From Octopus sinensis (Eukaryota): a stretch of 64,000 nt of DNA. A model generated the notes under the pieces. It saw only the letters and a program-made list of their open reading frames with translations, was not told where the DNA came from and did no database searches. Both the position numbers and the translations under genes were made by a program. The DNA lies in the NCBI RefSeq assembly GCF_006345805.1, contig NC_042999.1, positions 162,378,001 to 162,442,000 on the forward strand. Direction: 5' to 3'. Below, piece by piece: positions 50,838 through 62,775 of this stretch. Within the stretch, counting starts at the first letter, position 1. Every line of letters begins with the position of its first letter.

Positions 50838-51361
50838 TAATCTGTATTTTTGTTATTTTTTTATTTGCCCTGTCCGTGTGAGCTAACAATTGTTCTGACT
50901 TTCATGGGAAACATGTATTTTTGGTTGAAACCTTTTGGATTAACTGGTGCTAGAGTGAGCCATATAGTGACCACTCTCTTATTTTATTTGTAAAATATTA
51001 TAATATGCTATAAAATATTATAATAATCCAGGTTTCTCGGAGCACTAGGCCACTTGGTGTAGAATAGATATACTTTAAATTAGTATCTAATTCTCTCACC
51101 CTTATTAATTAATTATATATATATATATACATACATACATATGTATACATGTGTCTGTGTTTGCAACCCCCCCCCCCCCCCATCACTTGACAACCGATGT
51201 TGGTCTGTTTATGTCTCTGTAACTTAGTGGTACGGCCATAGAGACCGATAGAATAAGTACTAGGCTTACAAAGAAAAAATCCTACGGTCAATTTGTTCAA
51301 ATGACTGAAAGAAGTAAAAAAAATAAAAGAATATATATATATATAAATTTGGCATAATGGT

Positions 51362-52480
51362 GTTATCAAGTACCTACAGAAAAAAAGGTTTAACAATCAA
51401 GGAGATTCATGCTGACATGGTTGCAATATTAGGGGAAGATGCTCCAGCTATATGAACAGTGTAAAAGTGGGAAGCTGAATTTAGGAGGGGAACAGAGAGT
51501 CTTGAAGATGACCCAAGATCTGGATGTCCTCAGACACTGCCACCACTAAGGGAAACATTGATTGTGTTCACTACATGGTGATGGATGACAGGTAAATGAT
51601 TATAAGTCAAATAGCCAATGCTATTTTATTAACATATCCTGTAAGAGATTTGAGAATATTCTGCATGATGAACTTGACATGACAAAGGATTCTGCTTGGT
51701 GGCTGCCATATCTTCTGACACTAGATCAAAAGCGCACCATGCTGATCACATCACAGAAAAATTTGATATTGTTTGAGGCAAATCCAGCTGGTTTCCCTGA
51801 ACATTTCCCAACCCAACATAAGTGTTGGCTTCTTCATTTTGAATCAGGGACAAAGAGACAATCCATCACAAGAAACACCCTCCTCACCTATTTCTTTACT
51901 ACCCACAAGGGGCTACACACAGAGGTGACAAACAAGGACAGACAAATGGATTAAGTCGATTACATTGACCCCAGTGCGTAACTGGTACTTAATTTATCGA
52001 CCCCGAAAGGATGAAAGGCAAAGTCGACCTCAGCGGAATTTGAACTCAGAACATAACGGCAGCCGAAATACCGCTAAGCATTTCGCCCTGTGTGCTAATG
52101 GTTCTGCCTCCTCACCAGCTCCGAAGAAGGCCAAGGTTGTTTCATCTGCACTGAAGGTGATGGCCTCAAGTTTGGGGATAGAAAAGGCATTGTGCTTATT
52201 GACTATCTTACAAAGGGCCACACCTTCAGCTGAAAGCACTATGCCAACTTCCTGAAGCAGTTACAGAAGTCTATCAAGATCAAACACCCAGGAAAACTGA
52301 TGAAAAGGGTCTTGTTTCATTAGGTCAATATTCCAGTAGACAAATCCTTGGTTTCAATGGCTAAAATGTGTGATTGTAGTTTTGAACTGGTTGATCACCC
52401 TTCCTATTCTCCTAATTTGGCCCCATCTGACTATCATCTGTTCCCAAACATGAAAAAAACACTTGGCTGGGAACCAGTAT
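51362..52480 (+). pseudogene. Mariner (irritans/Himar-like) transposase remnant interrupted by a SINE
   Basis: KEIHADMV..LGEDAP, SLEDDPRSG, WWLPYLLTLDQKR, APKKAKVVSSA.KVMAS, HPSYSPNLAPSDYHLFPNMKK. Confidence 0.92.
51889..52106 (-). mobile_element. SINE family D with 10-bp TSD
   Basis: CCTCCTCACC at 51879-88 and 52107-16. Confidence 0.92.
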
Positions 52481-53475
52481 TGCAACACAGAAAAAGTGTG
52501 TGGACTGCAAGGGGGTCTATATTGAAAAATAAACCTCATTTGGTCACATCCCATGAGAGTATGCCGATGAACTTTTCAGTCAACACTTGTACAAATGGGT
52601 TCTTCGTGTTCGTTTTTTCTACCTATCATATCTATTTAAGGATAAGAAGACAGAGAAGATGGAACTCTTAGCTAGAAACATTGTTTCATAACCATTGAAA
52701 CAAAATAAAAACATAGACACTTCAACCAGTATTCCAACACCCAATCCTTTCTGTTATAGGCACAAGGCCTGAAATTTAGGGGAGGAGGATAGTCAATTAC
52801 ATCAACCCCAGTACTCAACTGGTACTTAATTTATCGACCCTGTTCAACACCCAATCTGGTCACTCAACATGTAGTCCCTCAGTTCTAAGCTAATATTAAA
52901 CTGAAAAGTGGTTTATGGGCTTACAGTAGCAAGATTAAGAATGAATCACTGAAACAGATCATAGACAATGTGATGAAGTGAAGGTGGAAGGGGTACCAAG
53001 TTCCTTTCTTCATAGAATAACAGCAATCTAAAGATAAAAGTAGGACGGACATTCATACAAATACATCAATCAATAAGTTCCACAGAATGTCCAGCAATTT
53101 CTTTCAATGTAAAGAATAGTTCGATGAATAAATACTTCAGATGCAAGCACAGATACTGGAAATTAGATGAACTGATGACAACTTTAGATATTAAAATGAA
53201 AAGGGAAAAATGCTGGAGAATTTTCTTTGTAATATTGTTATTAAGATGGTGAGTGCTAGTAACAGAACTGAAAGAAATGTCTTTAGTTCTGTCTCTAAGT
53301 TCTGATTTCAAATCCTACCAAGGTAAACTTTTCTTTTATCCTTCTAGAGTGAATAAACTAAGTATCTATCAAGTATTCACTGACATAATGACTTATACCT
53401 TCCCCACAATTGCATGATCTTGAGCCTGTATTAGACATCCTTAAGATAGTTCAGTAACAGATATTGTTGATATTT

Positions 53476-53708
53476 GGCGGCGAGCTGGCAGAAACGTTAG
53501 CACGTTGGGCGAAATGCGTAGCCGTATTTTGTCTGCCGTTACGTTCTGAGTTCAAATTCCGCCGATGTTGACTTTGCCTTTCATCCTTTCGGGGTCGATT
53601 AAATAAGTACCAGTAACGCACTGGGGTCGATATAATCGACTTAATCCATTTGTCTGTCCTTGTTTGTTCCTTCTGTGTTTAGCCCCTTGTGGGTAGTAAA
53701 AAAATAGA
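53476..53708 (+). mobile_element. SINE family D, full length with 12-bp TSD; central region resembles the Nin/Deu domain as I recall it
   Basis: AGATATTGTTGA at 53459-70 and 53706-17; box B GAGTTCAAATT; core GCCTTTCATCCTTTCGGGGTCGA.TAAATAAGTACCAG. Confidence 0.9.
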
Positions 53709-53963
53709 TATTGTTGAGTACTGGAGTAACTGTCTTGCGATGTTTAGTTATGAAGCTAGATCTCATCCAAGGCAAATTTGTCAGTCATCTTACCAGGGTA
53801 GCAATCGAGTTTAATCTAAGTGACAAGATTCTCCTTCCCACAAAACTGGAGACCAATTTTCAAAATTACTAGTCATTATTAAGCACCAGGGAAACATTGG
53901 GGTTGATCTAATCAACTTGTCCTCTCCCCCAAAATTTCAGGCCTTGTGCCTTTAGTAGAAAGG

Positions 53964-54002
<39 letters not shown>

Positions 54003-54469
54003 ATTATTATTATTAAGGTAGTGAGCTGGCAGAACAATTAGCACACCAGGCAAAATGCTAAGTGGCATTTTGTCCATAAACACTAGAGTTGATGTAATTG
54101 ATTAGTTCCCTCTTACAAAATTTCAGGCCTTGTGCCTGTAATAGAAAGGATTGTTGTTGTTGTTGTTGGTATTATTATTATTATTATTATTATTATTAAA
54201 GCGATGGGCTGGTAGAATTGTTAGCACGCCAGGTAAAATGTTTAGTGACATTTCATCCATATGTTCTGAGTTCAAATTTTGTCAAGGTTGACTTTGTTTT
54301 TCATCCTTTCAGGGTTGATGAAAAGAGTACCAGACAAGCTTTGGTACAAAATTTCAGGCCTTGTGCCTATAGTATAAAAGATTATTATTATTATTATATT
54401 TCATTTACTCACAACAGATTGAACTGTTGAAAAATGTTCCTAACATCAGACAAAAACAAGTAACCTTAG

Positions 54470-55900
54470 ATGCCAAGAACCTTCTTAAATATCCTAGCTA
54501 TCCTGAACAATAGTTTTCTGGAACTGCACTAAACTAGGTTTTACACCTATTTCTTCTCTCTATCTGTTTAAATCTTCAGAATAGTTCCTAATGCACCTAT
54601 AACTGCCTCTGTAACTCAATGGCCAAGTTCTGGTATTTTTCTATTTTCTCTATACTTCTCATACTGACTCTCTCATCATTTGGGACTGTAAAGTCAATTA
54701 CCTGGTACTTCCTATTTTCTCTGTCTACTATTACTAAATCAGTCTGAATGTTAAAATTTCACAACAATTTACTTTTAAGCACTTTATTAGGTTCATGCTA
54801 CTTATCAGTATGGTCAAATCCTAGTCTTCTATGTAATTCTGTGGATTATTCTCCCTAGGTTGTCATCTCTTTTCTTGCATTCTTCACTAACAATATAGCA
54901 CTTTCTTCCTTTGATTTACATAACCTACATTGGAAATCTATTTGATTTTTGTCTATCTTACCATTTATCCAGTTAGTCTTCAATGCTTGATCTTGTGCTG
55001 CTACTAACAAACTGTCCGTCTCTTTTTTCAAACTTCCTTTTGCAACCACAACCATGTTTCACTATTACTATTTTCTGCAACTATCTATAGAAATCTAATA
55101 AGCCTTCTTTTGTTAGTTACAGAATCTTTCTTCTTCCTTTTGCTGGTTTTTAATTACATTTAGCATTGTTGTTTCCTTATTTCCTACAGTTATACTAGCA
55201 TCTCTCAATTAAATTTTCTCACTATAGCATACATAAGAGACTATATCTACACTAACTAATTGCATACAGTCTTCTACTGATATTAAACCTCTACCACTTT
55301 CTTTTCTAGGTAAATACAATATTGTTACCCTTGCTCTTGAAGAAAGTCCTCCATACATATTGAATTCCTTCCTAGTTCTGTCTAGATTTGCTAATTCAGA
55401 TTTTGTCCAATCTACAAAAGCTGAATATCTAAGCAATAATACTACCTAAATATTTACAGCCTTCAGTAGATTCAGACCATTTAGCTTTGACTTCATTAAC
55501 TTCCTAAATCTTCTGATGTACTCCTAAACTTTTTCATTTATTTCTATAATTAGTACTCATTCAGATTTTAATACCCCTAAATACATATAACTTTCTCTTT
55601 CTTTCAATGATTTTAACATCTGGCCTTCTGGTAACTAGCTAGTTTTAGATCTTGCTGCTTCTCACTATATCTTCCCTCAATTCATTTAATCATGCTGCAT
55701 CTTCATTATGATTAAATGTTTTATCCCAAATATTGCTCCAGAACTTTCTAGCTTCTTCTGCATTTGGCTTCTCATCTTCTGTAGTTTCTTCTACACTATT
55801 TATTTGGCGATAAAATCTTCTCTGGTCTGTCTCAATTTGCTCTGTTGGTATTGTTCTTTTCTGATATCTGAAAAGCTTACTTGCTTTTGCTATGATTTAC
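54470..55900 (-). pseudogene. Degenerate RLE-type non-LTR retrotransposon 3' part (R4/Dong-like)
   Basis: LYLPRKESGRGLISVEDC, KETDSLLVAAQDQALKTN, CRLCK, NFNIQTD, VIDFTVPNDERV, EKIEKYQNLAIEL, VIGALGTI. Confidence 0.85.
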
Positions 55901-55949
55901 TGTTTCAGCTCTTCCATGACTATCCCAAATCCTTTCTCTTTGACTAAGA

Positions 55950-56160
55950 AGAAAATGCAGCTCAAAGGTCACCATTTTATAAACATTGTCGAGAACCAGA
56001 GCGACTCGCAGAAGATCCTTGACTCACTTACAGAAAACAACTTCCAGGCTGGATTCCAAAAGTGGTGAGAACACACTGGGACAAGGTAACTATTTTGAGG
56101 GAGATGATGTTAAAACTTAATTAAATAAGTCCAGGAATATTTCATAATTGCAGAACCACT
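55950..56160 (+). pseudogene. Mariner transposase C-terminal fragment
   Basis: LKGHHFINIVENQSDSQKILDSLTENNFQAGFQKW, then GNYFEGD. Confidence 0.75.
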
Positions 56161-56174
56161 ATATATATATATAT

Positions 56175-56983
56175 ATTCTCTTTCTCTTTTTCTCTTTTAC
56201 TTGTTTTAGTCATTTGACTGCGGCCATGCTGGAGCACCGCCTTTTAGTCGAGCAAATCGACCCTGGGACTTATTCTTTGTAAGCCCAGTACTTATTCTAT
56301 TGGTCTCTTTTGCCGAACCGCTAAGTGATGGGGACGTAAAAACACCAGCATTGGTTGTCAAGCAATGTTAGGGGGACAAACACAGACACACAAACACATA
56401 CACACACACACACATATATATACTCTTTACTCTTTTACTCTTTTACTTGTTTCAGTCATTTGACTGCGGCCATGCTGGAGCACCGCCTTTAATCGAGCAA
56501 CTCGACCCCGGGACTTATTCTTTTGTAAGCCCAGTACTTATTATATCGGTCTCTTTTGCCGAACCGCTAAGTAACGGGGACATAAACACACCAGCATCGG
56601 TTGTCAAGCAATGCTAGGGGACAAACAGACACACAAACACACACACGCATATATATATATATACATATATATGACGGGCTTCTTTCAGTTTCCGTCTACC
56701 AAATCCACTCACAAGGCTTTGGTCGGCCCGAGGCTATAGTAGAAGGCACTTGCCCAAGGTGCCACGCAGTGGGACTGAACCCGGAACCATGTGGTTGGTA
56801 GACAAGCTACTTACCACACAACCACTCCTGCGCCTATATATACATATATATGACAGGCTTCTTTCAGTTTCCATCTACCAAATCCACTCACAAGGCATTG
56901 GTTGGCCCGGGGCTATAGCAGAAGACGCTTGCCCAAGATGCCACGTGGCTGGTTAGCAAGCTACTTACCACACAGCCACTCCT
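56175..56983 (-). mobile_element. Cluster of three SINE family A pieces (3' half, full copy 56421-56837, head)
   Basis: Three successive reverse-complement matches to family A. Confidence 0.9.
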
Positions 56984-58160
56984 GGTTCTGCAATTTCTTG
57001 CTGAACAACTCGCAGAAATGATTTACATGTAGTGTCAAATGTTTGTGTTATACATTAGTTCACTCTCTCCATTAAATCAACATTGTAGCACACATCAGAT
57101 GTCAAAATGACTGCAGAGCAATGTAAAATGAAGTGTTTTGCTCAACAGTCATCATGCAGCTTCTTCAACTGTTTATAGAGACAATGCTTATAAATCTACA
57201 ATAAATAAGGTATTTAGTAAATCAAACAGACTGAGTCACATATATATAACAGATTCTTGGAAGTCAGTTCAATTAATAAATTACAAGTGCATTGCTAGTT
57301 TTTTTGTTTCAATGTTATAGATTGTAGTACAGAATATAACTATAAATTTCAGCCAATGCCCTAATTCTGAAGAATGACCTAAGATAAGAACATGAAACTC
57401 TGAGAAACAGAATGTTGTGAACTGAGATAACATAATCTTACACATTACATATTTATCTTTTGATGGAACTGAGTTTGTTTTTCATTCTGACGTTTTCCTC
57501 TATATGCCATCTCATTTTACTACGATCAACTAATTATGTATATTCTTCATCTGTTTGCTTTGATGCCCATTTTCCCATGGTAGCATGAACACATAGATAC
57601 ACATATAAAAGTGATGAAAGAGAGAGAGATTGAAGGAAATAGAGAGAGAGGAAGAGAGAGAGAGAGGAAAGAGAAAGCAACATATTTTGTTTAGTTTAAT
57701 TTACAAATATAAAGGTCAAATTTGAGCAAATTTTAGTTGGTTGAGATGGAGGTAGTAAAGACAGCAGCAACTCCTCAATCTTAAGTCTGTGACTCATGAA
57801 AAAACCCTTCCTACAACCACAAATAAATTTCTTTTCTCCTCTTTCTGCCAAAGAAAGTCAACTACTTACAGACAAGGGCAGGATATCATATGAAGCAGGA
57901 ATGTATCAATCTGCACAAGTATTCTGCAAAGTTTGCAACTTACCTAAAAAATAAAAAAGATAAAATATATTTGATAAAACGAAATAAAAATTAAGTATAT
58001 GCAATATGATTTAGCATATGAAGAGAATATATAAACATACAAATTGTGTATGTATGGCTGTGGTGCATGTGTGAGAAGGTCAGAATTTATGGCCCACCGG
58101 ACAAAACATGGGAAGGTATACTAGTATTGATGTGGCAACATTTGAAATCTTGTCTAGGTA

Positions 58161-58233
58161 AATGCAGCTGATGAAGACTAATCAAATTTACATTGTCAAA
58201 CATATTTGAAGAGTCAGAAACCGGTCCTGCATT
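58161..58233 (+). ncRNA. Type I hammerhead motif with extra A on both sides of stem II
   Basis: Stem I AATGCAG/CTGCATT; CTGATGA 58168-74; GACT/AGTC; GAAA 58217-20; palindromic ACCGGT; GUC at 58226. Confidence 0.68.
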
Positions 58234-58413
58234 CTCCGATTCTAGGTTGTCCATTTATCAGATGTTCTTCCTAGAGGTAAGACAAATGTTTTTCATGTTT
58301 GTTGCACACACGTGTCTTTGCTAGTATATACGCAGTGAAGCTATACAATAGCGTCGTATTTATTTGGATTGCTATTTTCCAGTAAATATTGGTGCCTTGT
58401 TGTACCATTTTAC

Positions 58414-58463
<50 letters not shown>

Positions 58464-59301
58464 TAAGAATGTTTTAAGTACGATATATGCATGTGTATAT
58501 ACATAAGTGTGTATGTAAGAATACAAATAAGTGTTTCTTCCATATTGTATTTATAAAAGTGCTGACATTCATTTACATGCATGAATAATGCTATAGATGT
58601 ATAAGTTCATTTGTATACACACACACATATATATTCACAGACACATACACATATACATATATACATACATATAAACATACACTGTGTGTGAGAGAAAGGG
58701 AAGTTAGCATGTTATAGAACACTGTGTAAGTTTCCTGAAATTACAATTGATCCCTCTTCTCTCTGGTTTTCATCAACTGATACCTTTATTGTATTAATTC
58801 CTCTTTAGTTCCCCACCCCCACCCTTCTCATTATTATTTTTCTTCCCTCTAATTCTTTCCTTACTCCCATGCTCTGTTCTCTGTAAACCTTTATTTTAGT
58901 AAACACTGCTATGAAATAGCCATTTGCCATTTCATTCAGATGAGGGTGACCTGGTTTCACCTAACAGTGGGAACTTATGTTATTACATACACCTACAATG
59001 TCATGGGGCTTTACTATGCACGAATGTGGTTACAGCATAAGCCTTGGTGCTCCCGAAACAAGTGCTGAGATAAGACTATTACATTGCTCTTTTCATTTAC
59101 TCTGGTTCTTTATTGCATACTCTCTATTTCATATTATTATATTCATTAAGACTACTTGTGTTTATCTTTCTAATTCCATATATATATATATATATAGTTA
59201 TCCGTAATAATGAAGGGTGAAATTAATTAATTTGGAATAATTATCAATTACACCAAGTAGTCTTCGGCATGTAAAAGCCTCATTCGAGGAAAATTTAAGT
59301 A

Positions 59302-59514
59302 ATACTAAGCAATAAAGGGTTTAGCAACGAATTGCCTTACCACATACCGAATTTAGAAATAGCAGTCAAAGAGTTATAGCTATTTCTTCTACTAAAAAGG
59401 GAGATTTTACTGAGATCTCCCTTTTTAGTAGAAGAAATAGCTATAACTCTTTGACTGCTATTTCTAAATTCGGTATGTGGTAAGGCAATTCGTTGCTAAA
59501 CCCTTTATTGCTTA

Positions 59515-59518
<4 letters not shown>
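59302..59518. repeat. Perfect inverted repeat with 104-bp arms and a 9-bp spacer, carrying a hammerhead-like 3' half
   Basis: GAAATAGCTATA at 59434-45 (palindrome ATAGCTAT); GGTAAG in the right arm. Confidence 0.9.
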
Positions 59519-59539
<21 letters not shown>

Positions 59540-59554
<15 letters not shown>

Positions 59555-60677
59555 TCAAAAAATAGCGTTCATAAAAAATTTTATCTCGTTCGGCTTAACA
59601 GCCCTTCTTGTTTGTGTTACTGTTATTCTCCTTGTCCTGTCTTTTACTGTTTATATTTTGTACTGTCGTTACTGTCCTGTTTTTGTTACCATTTTTACCC
59701 CTCCGCAAAAAAATCTCAAATTTTATTTAATTTGATTTTCGCGGGAAGGAATGTTTCATTAAAGTCGTGTCTCGCCTTGACCTTCGAAATGTGGAGTAGA
59801 TGAAACAAAGGCGACTGAAGAAGGGGAATTTTCCTTGTATTGTATGTCCCGTATCTATTTTTTCGTTGTTTAAGAAAAATGTCCATTTCCTTAGTTTTGT
59901 GTTTATGTTTTCGTTTCTCATTACGTTCGACGTTTTTTTGGTGTCCTGTACCCATATATGCATGTATATATACATGTAGAGGTAGGTACGTACATATATG
60001 TATGTATATATACATATGTTTTATTTATTTATTAATTTATTATATGACGGAACGCACGCATCCATTTCTAAGTAAGATTGTTCTATATATATATATATAT
60101 ATTATATATATATATATATAATATATATATATATATTCTCAAAAAATAGCGTTCATAAAAAATTTTATCTCGTTCGGCTTAACAGCCCTTCTTGTTTGTG
60201 TTACTGTTATTCTCCTTGTCCTGTCTTTTACTGTTTATATTTTGTACTGTCGTTACTGTCCTGTTTTTGTTACCATTTTTACCCCTCCGCAAAAAAATCT
60301 CAAATTTTATTTAATTTGATTTTCGCGGGAAGGAATGTTTCATTAAAGTCGTGTCTCGCCTTGACCTTCGAAATGTGGAGTAGATGAAACAAAGGCGACT
60401 GAAGAAGGGGAATTTTCCTTGTATTGTATGTCCCGTATCTATTTTTTCGTTGTTAAGAAAAATGTCCATTTCCTTAGTTTTGTGTTTATGTTTTCGTTTC
60501 TCATTACGTTCGACGTTTTTTTGGTGTCCTGTACCCATATATGCATGTATATATACATGTAGAGGTAGGTACGTACATAATGTATGTATATATACATATG
60601 TTTTATTTATTTATTAATTTATTATATGACGGAACGCACGCATCCATTTCTAAGTAAGATTGTTCTATATATATATA

Positions 60678-60690
<13 letters not shown>
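59540..60690 (+). repeat. Near-identical tandem duplication of an about 585-bp pLTR-like unit
   Basis: 59551-60085 matches 60136-60666, separated by (TA)n. Confidence 0.9.
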
Positions 60691-60738
<48 letters not shown>

Positions 60739-61229
60739 ATAGGTGCAGTGAGCGTACACATGTGTGACCTTAATGACTTGTTGTGTATTCAAGCTATTAC
60801 TTGTGTATGTATGCATAACTGGAGAACAAATCTGTGTTTACTTAAGTGACTACACATTTGTCATTATACATTATTTGTGCACAGTAGTGCTATCACCATT
60901 CCTTAGTGCTTTTACTAATTTAAGTACCTGATTCTCTCGAATCCTGGAAACTTTATACATATAGTATGCTGGGTGCTTTTTAAGTGGCACCAGCACCTGA
61001 AGGACAAACTTGTGTGGAAGACAGTAATTTTACTTAGCTTGACATGTCTTATCAAGTACAGCAATATACACTATAACATATACTGTATTTGAAAACATAT
61101 GACATGCTTTATATTTTTAAACATCAAAAAAAGATTGCCCTGCATTTAATGAAGCCATATTACAGATAGAAGACCCTGATAAACCTACATCCACCAGGTA
61201 CAAGGCCTGAAATTCAGGGAGAGGGTATT

Positions 61230-62378
61230 TGTTAGAGGTTCAGAATTTAGCATAGAAGTAAGGGTTCACCAGGGCACAGTTCTTAGTTCGCTTCTTTTTC
61301 ATCATAGTCCTCCAGGCCATAACAGAGGAATTCAAAACTAGATGCCCATGGGAACTATTATATGTTGATGACTTCGCATCTATTGCAAAATCTGAAGCAG
61401 AATTGGAGAAGAAATTCCAGGTAAGGAAGTAAAACCTGGAATCAAAGGGCCTTAAAGTTAACCTAGCAAAGACTAAATTTGTTAGCAAGAAAGCAGATTA
61501 AGACTCTATTTCCATCAGGTAACAATTTGTAGGAAAGGAGTGGGAAGTAATTCCATTCACTGCACCAAATGTAAGCTATGGTCACATAAGAGAAGCAGTG
61601 GAATCACAGGTAGATTAAGAGATAAGGTCACCTTAGTGTGTGGCAGATACACAGGAACAATAAGCACCAAGGGCACATGGGACTTTAGACTCTTTCAAAT
61701 GTCCAGGATGCTCTCTTAAGGTAATAGATAGTTTCTGTTACCTAGGTGACTAATTTAGCAATGGGGTGGATGCTCTAAAAGTATTGTTTCTAGAATATGA
61801 ATAGAATGGAGAAAATTCAGAGAGTTGCAACCTCTGTTGGCAACAAAAGGACTCTCTCTCAGAGTGAATGGTAGTTTGTATGATGCTTGTGTATGAACAG
61901 CTATTCTCCACAGGAGGCGCAATGGCCCAGTGGTTAGGGCAGCGGACTCGCGGTCATAGGATTGCGGTTTCGATTCCCAGACCGGGCGTTGTGAGTGTTT
62001 ATTGAGTGAAAACACCTAAAGCTCCACGAGGCTCCAGCAGGGGATGGTGATGATCCCTGCTGTACTCTTTCACCACAACTTTCTCTCACTCTTACTTCCT
62101 GTTTCTGTTGTACCTGTATTTCAAAGGGCCGGCCTTGTCACTCTCTGTGTCACGCTGAATATCCCCGAGAACTACGTTAAGGGTGCACGTGTCTGTGGAG
62201 TGCTCAGCCACTTACACGTTAATTTCACGAGCAGGCTGTTCCGTTGATCAGATCAACCGGAACCCTCGTCGTCGTAACCGACGGAGTGCTTCCATCCATC
62301 CAATTCTCCACAGTAATGAGACATGGACTCTGAATGCAGAGGAGATGCATAGACTAGAGAGGAATGAAGGTAGTATGT
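61230..62378 (+). mobile_element. Degenerate RTE RT fragment interrupted by SINE E
   Basis: HQGTVLS, EEFKTRCPWELLYVDD, ESKGLKVNLAKTK; resumes after the SINE as ILHSNETWTLNAEEM. Confidence 0.88.
61914..62302 (+). mobile_element. SINE family E, full length with 11-bp TSD
   Basis: ATTCTCCACAG at 61903-13 and 62303-13; tRNA-like head TGGCCCAGTGGTTAGG...GGTTTCGATTCCC; (TCCA)n tail. Confidence 0.94.
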
Positions 62379-62421
62379 TTGTGTGTCTGTGTTTGTCCCC
62401 CACCAACACTTGATAACCGAT

Positions 62422-62482
62422 GATAAAATTCCGAGTTTCAGATGTTGGGGCGGAAACCCATGCCGGCATCTCTTCAGTTATC
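62422..62482 (-). ncRNA. Degenerate type I hammerhead motif upstream of and antisense to a PLE RT
   Basis: Minus strand: GATAA-CTGAAGA-GATG...CATC-t-GAAAC-TCGGAA-TT-TTATC; stem III has one mismatch. Confidence 0.5.
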
Positions 62483-62775
62483 GGGCCATCAAAAAAAAAT
62501 GTTATGGAAATGACCGTTAAAACAAAGGGAAATTACTGTGTGATTGAATGTTATTAAGACAAAAGAGCTATTAGTCAAAAGACCTCTAAGTAAGGGGAGG
62601 GAGTAAAAATGTTCATAGTAATCACGTATGGTCTCATTCATTCTTTTGTTGTCTTGCCATTTCTATCAATAAGTTACCTCCCATACACCGCTATTTTTCC
62701 GTAAGGGCCAATACAGCTTATTTTGGAAAATTGCCAGAAATCGGTTGAGATCTCTACCCCGCAGAAGAATTCAAT

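Larger units (their letters stand above)
49581..51115. repeat. 530-bp hammerhead-containing unit: two tandem copies (minus) and one inverted copy (plus)
   Basis: 49581-50112 matches 50113-50527; inversion junction near 50527; (TA)n on both flanks; no convincing ORF (only a 85-aa AT-rich frame in one copy). Confidence 0.92.

Noticed and set aside
53086-53248. Plus-strand candidate exon (AG...GTGAGT, 53 open codons)
   Set aside because: Good splice signals but unrecognisable peptide, the opposite strand is also open, and no partner exons; compatible with chance
59255-59300. Minus-strand CGAATGA-GGC...GCC-GAAG as a hammerhead
   Set aside because: Too many core mismatches and no stem I pairing
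61914-61985. tRNA gene (also the SINE heads at 2591, 8021, 26870 and 53476)
   Set aside because: Box A/B are present but the acceptor stem is not complete, and each runs into a repeat body with a tail, often with a TSD
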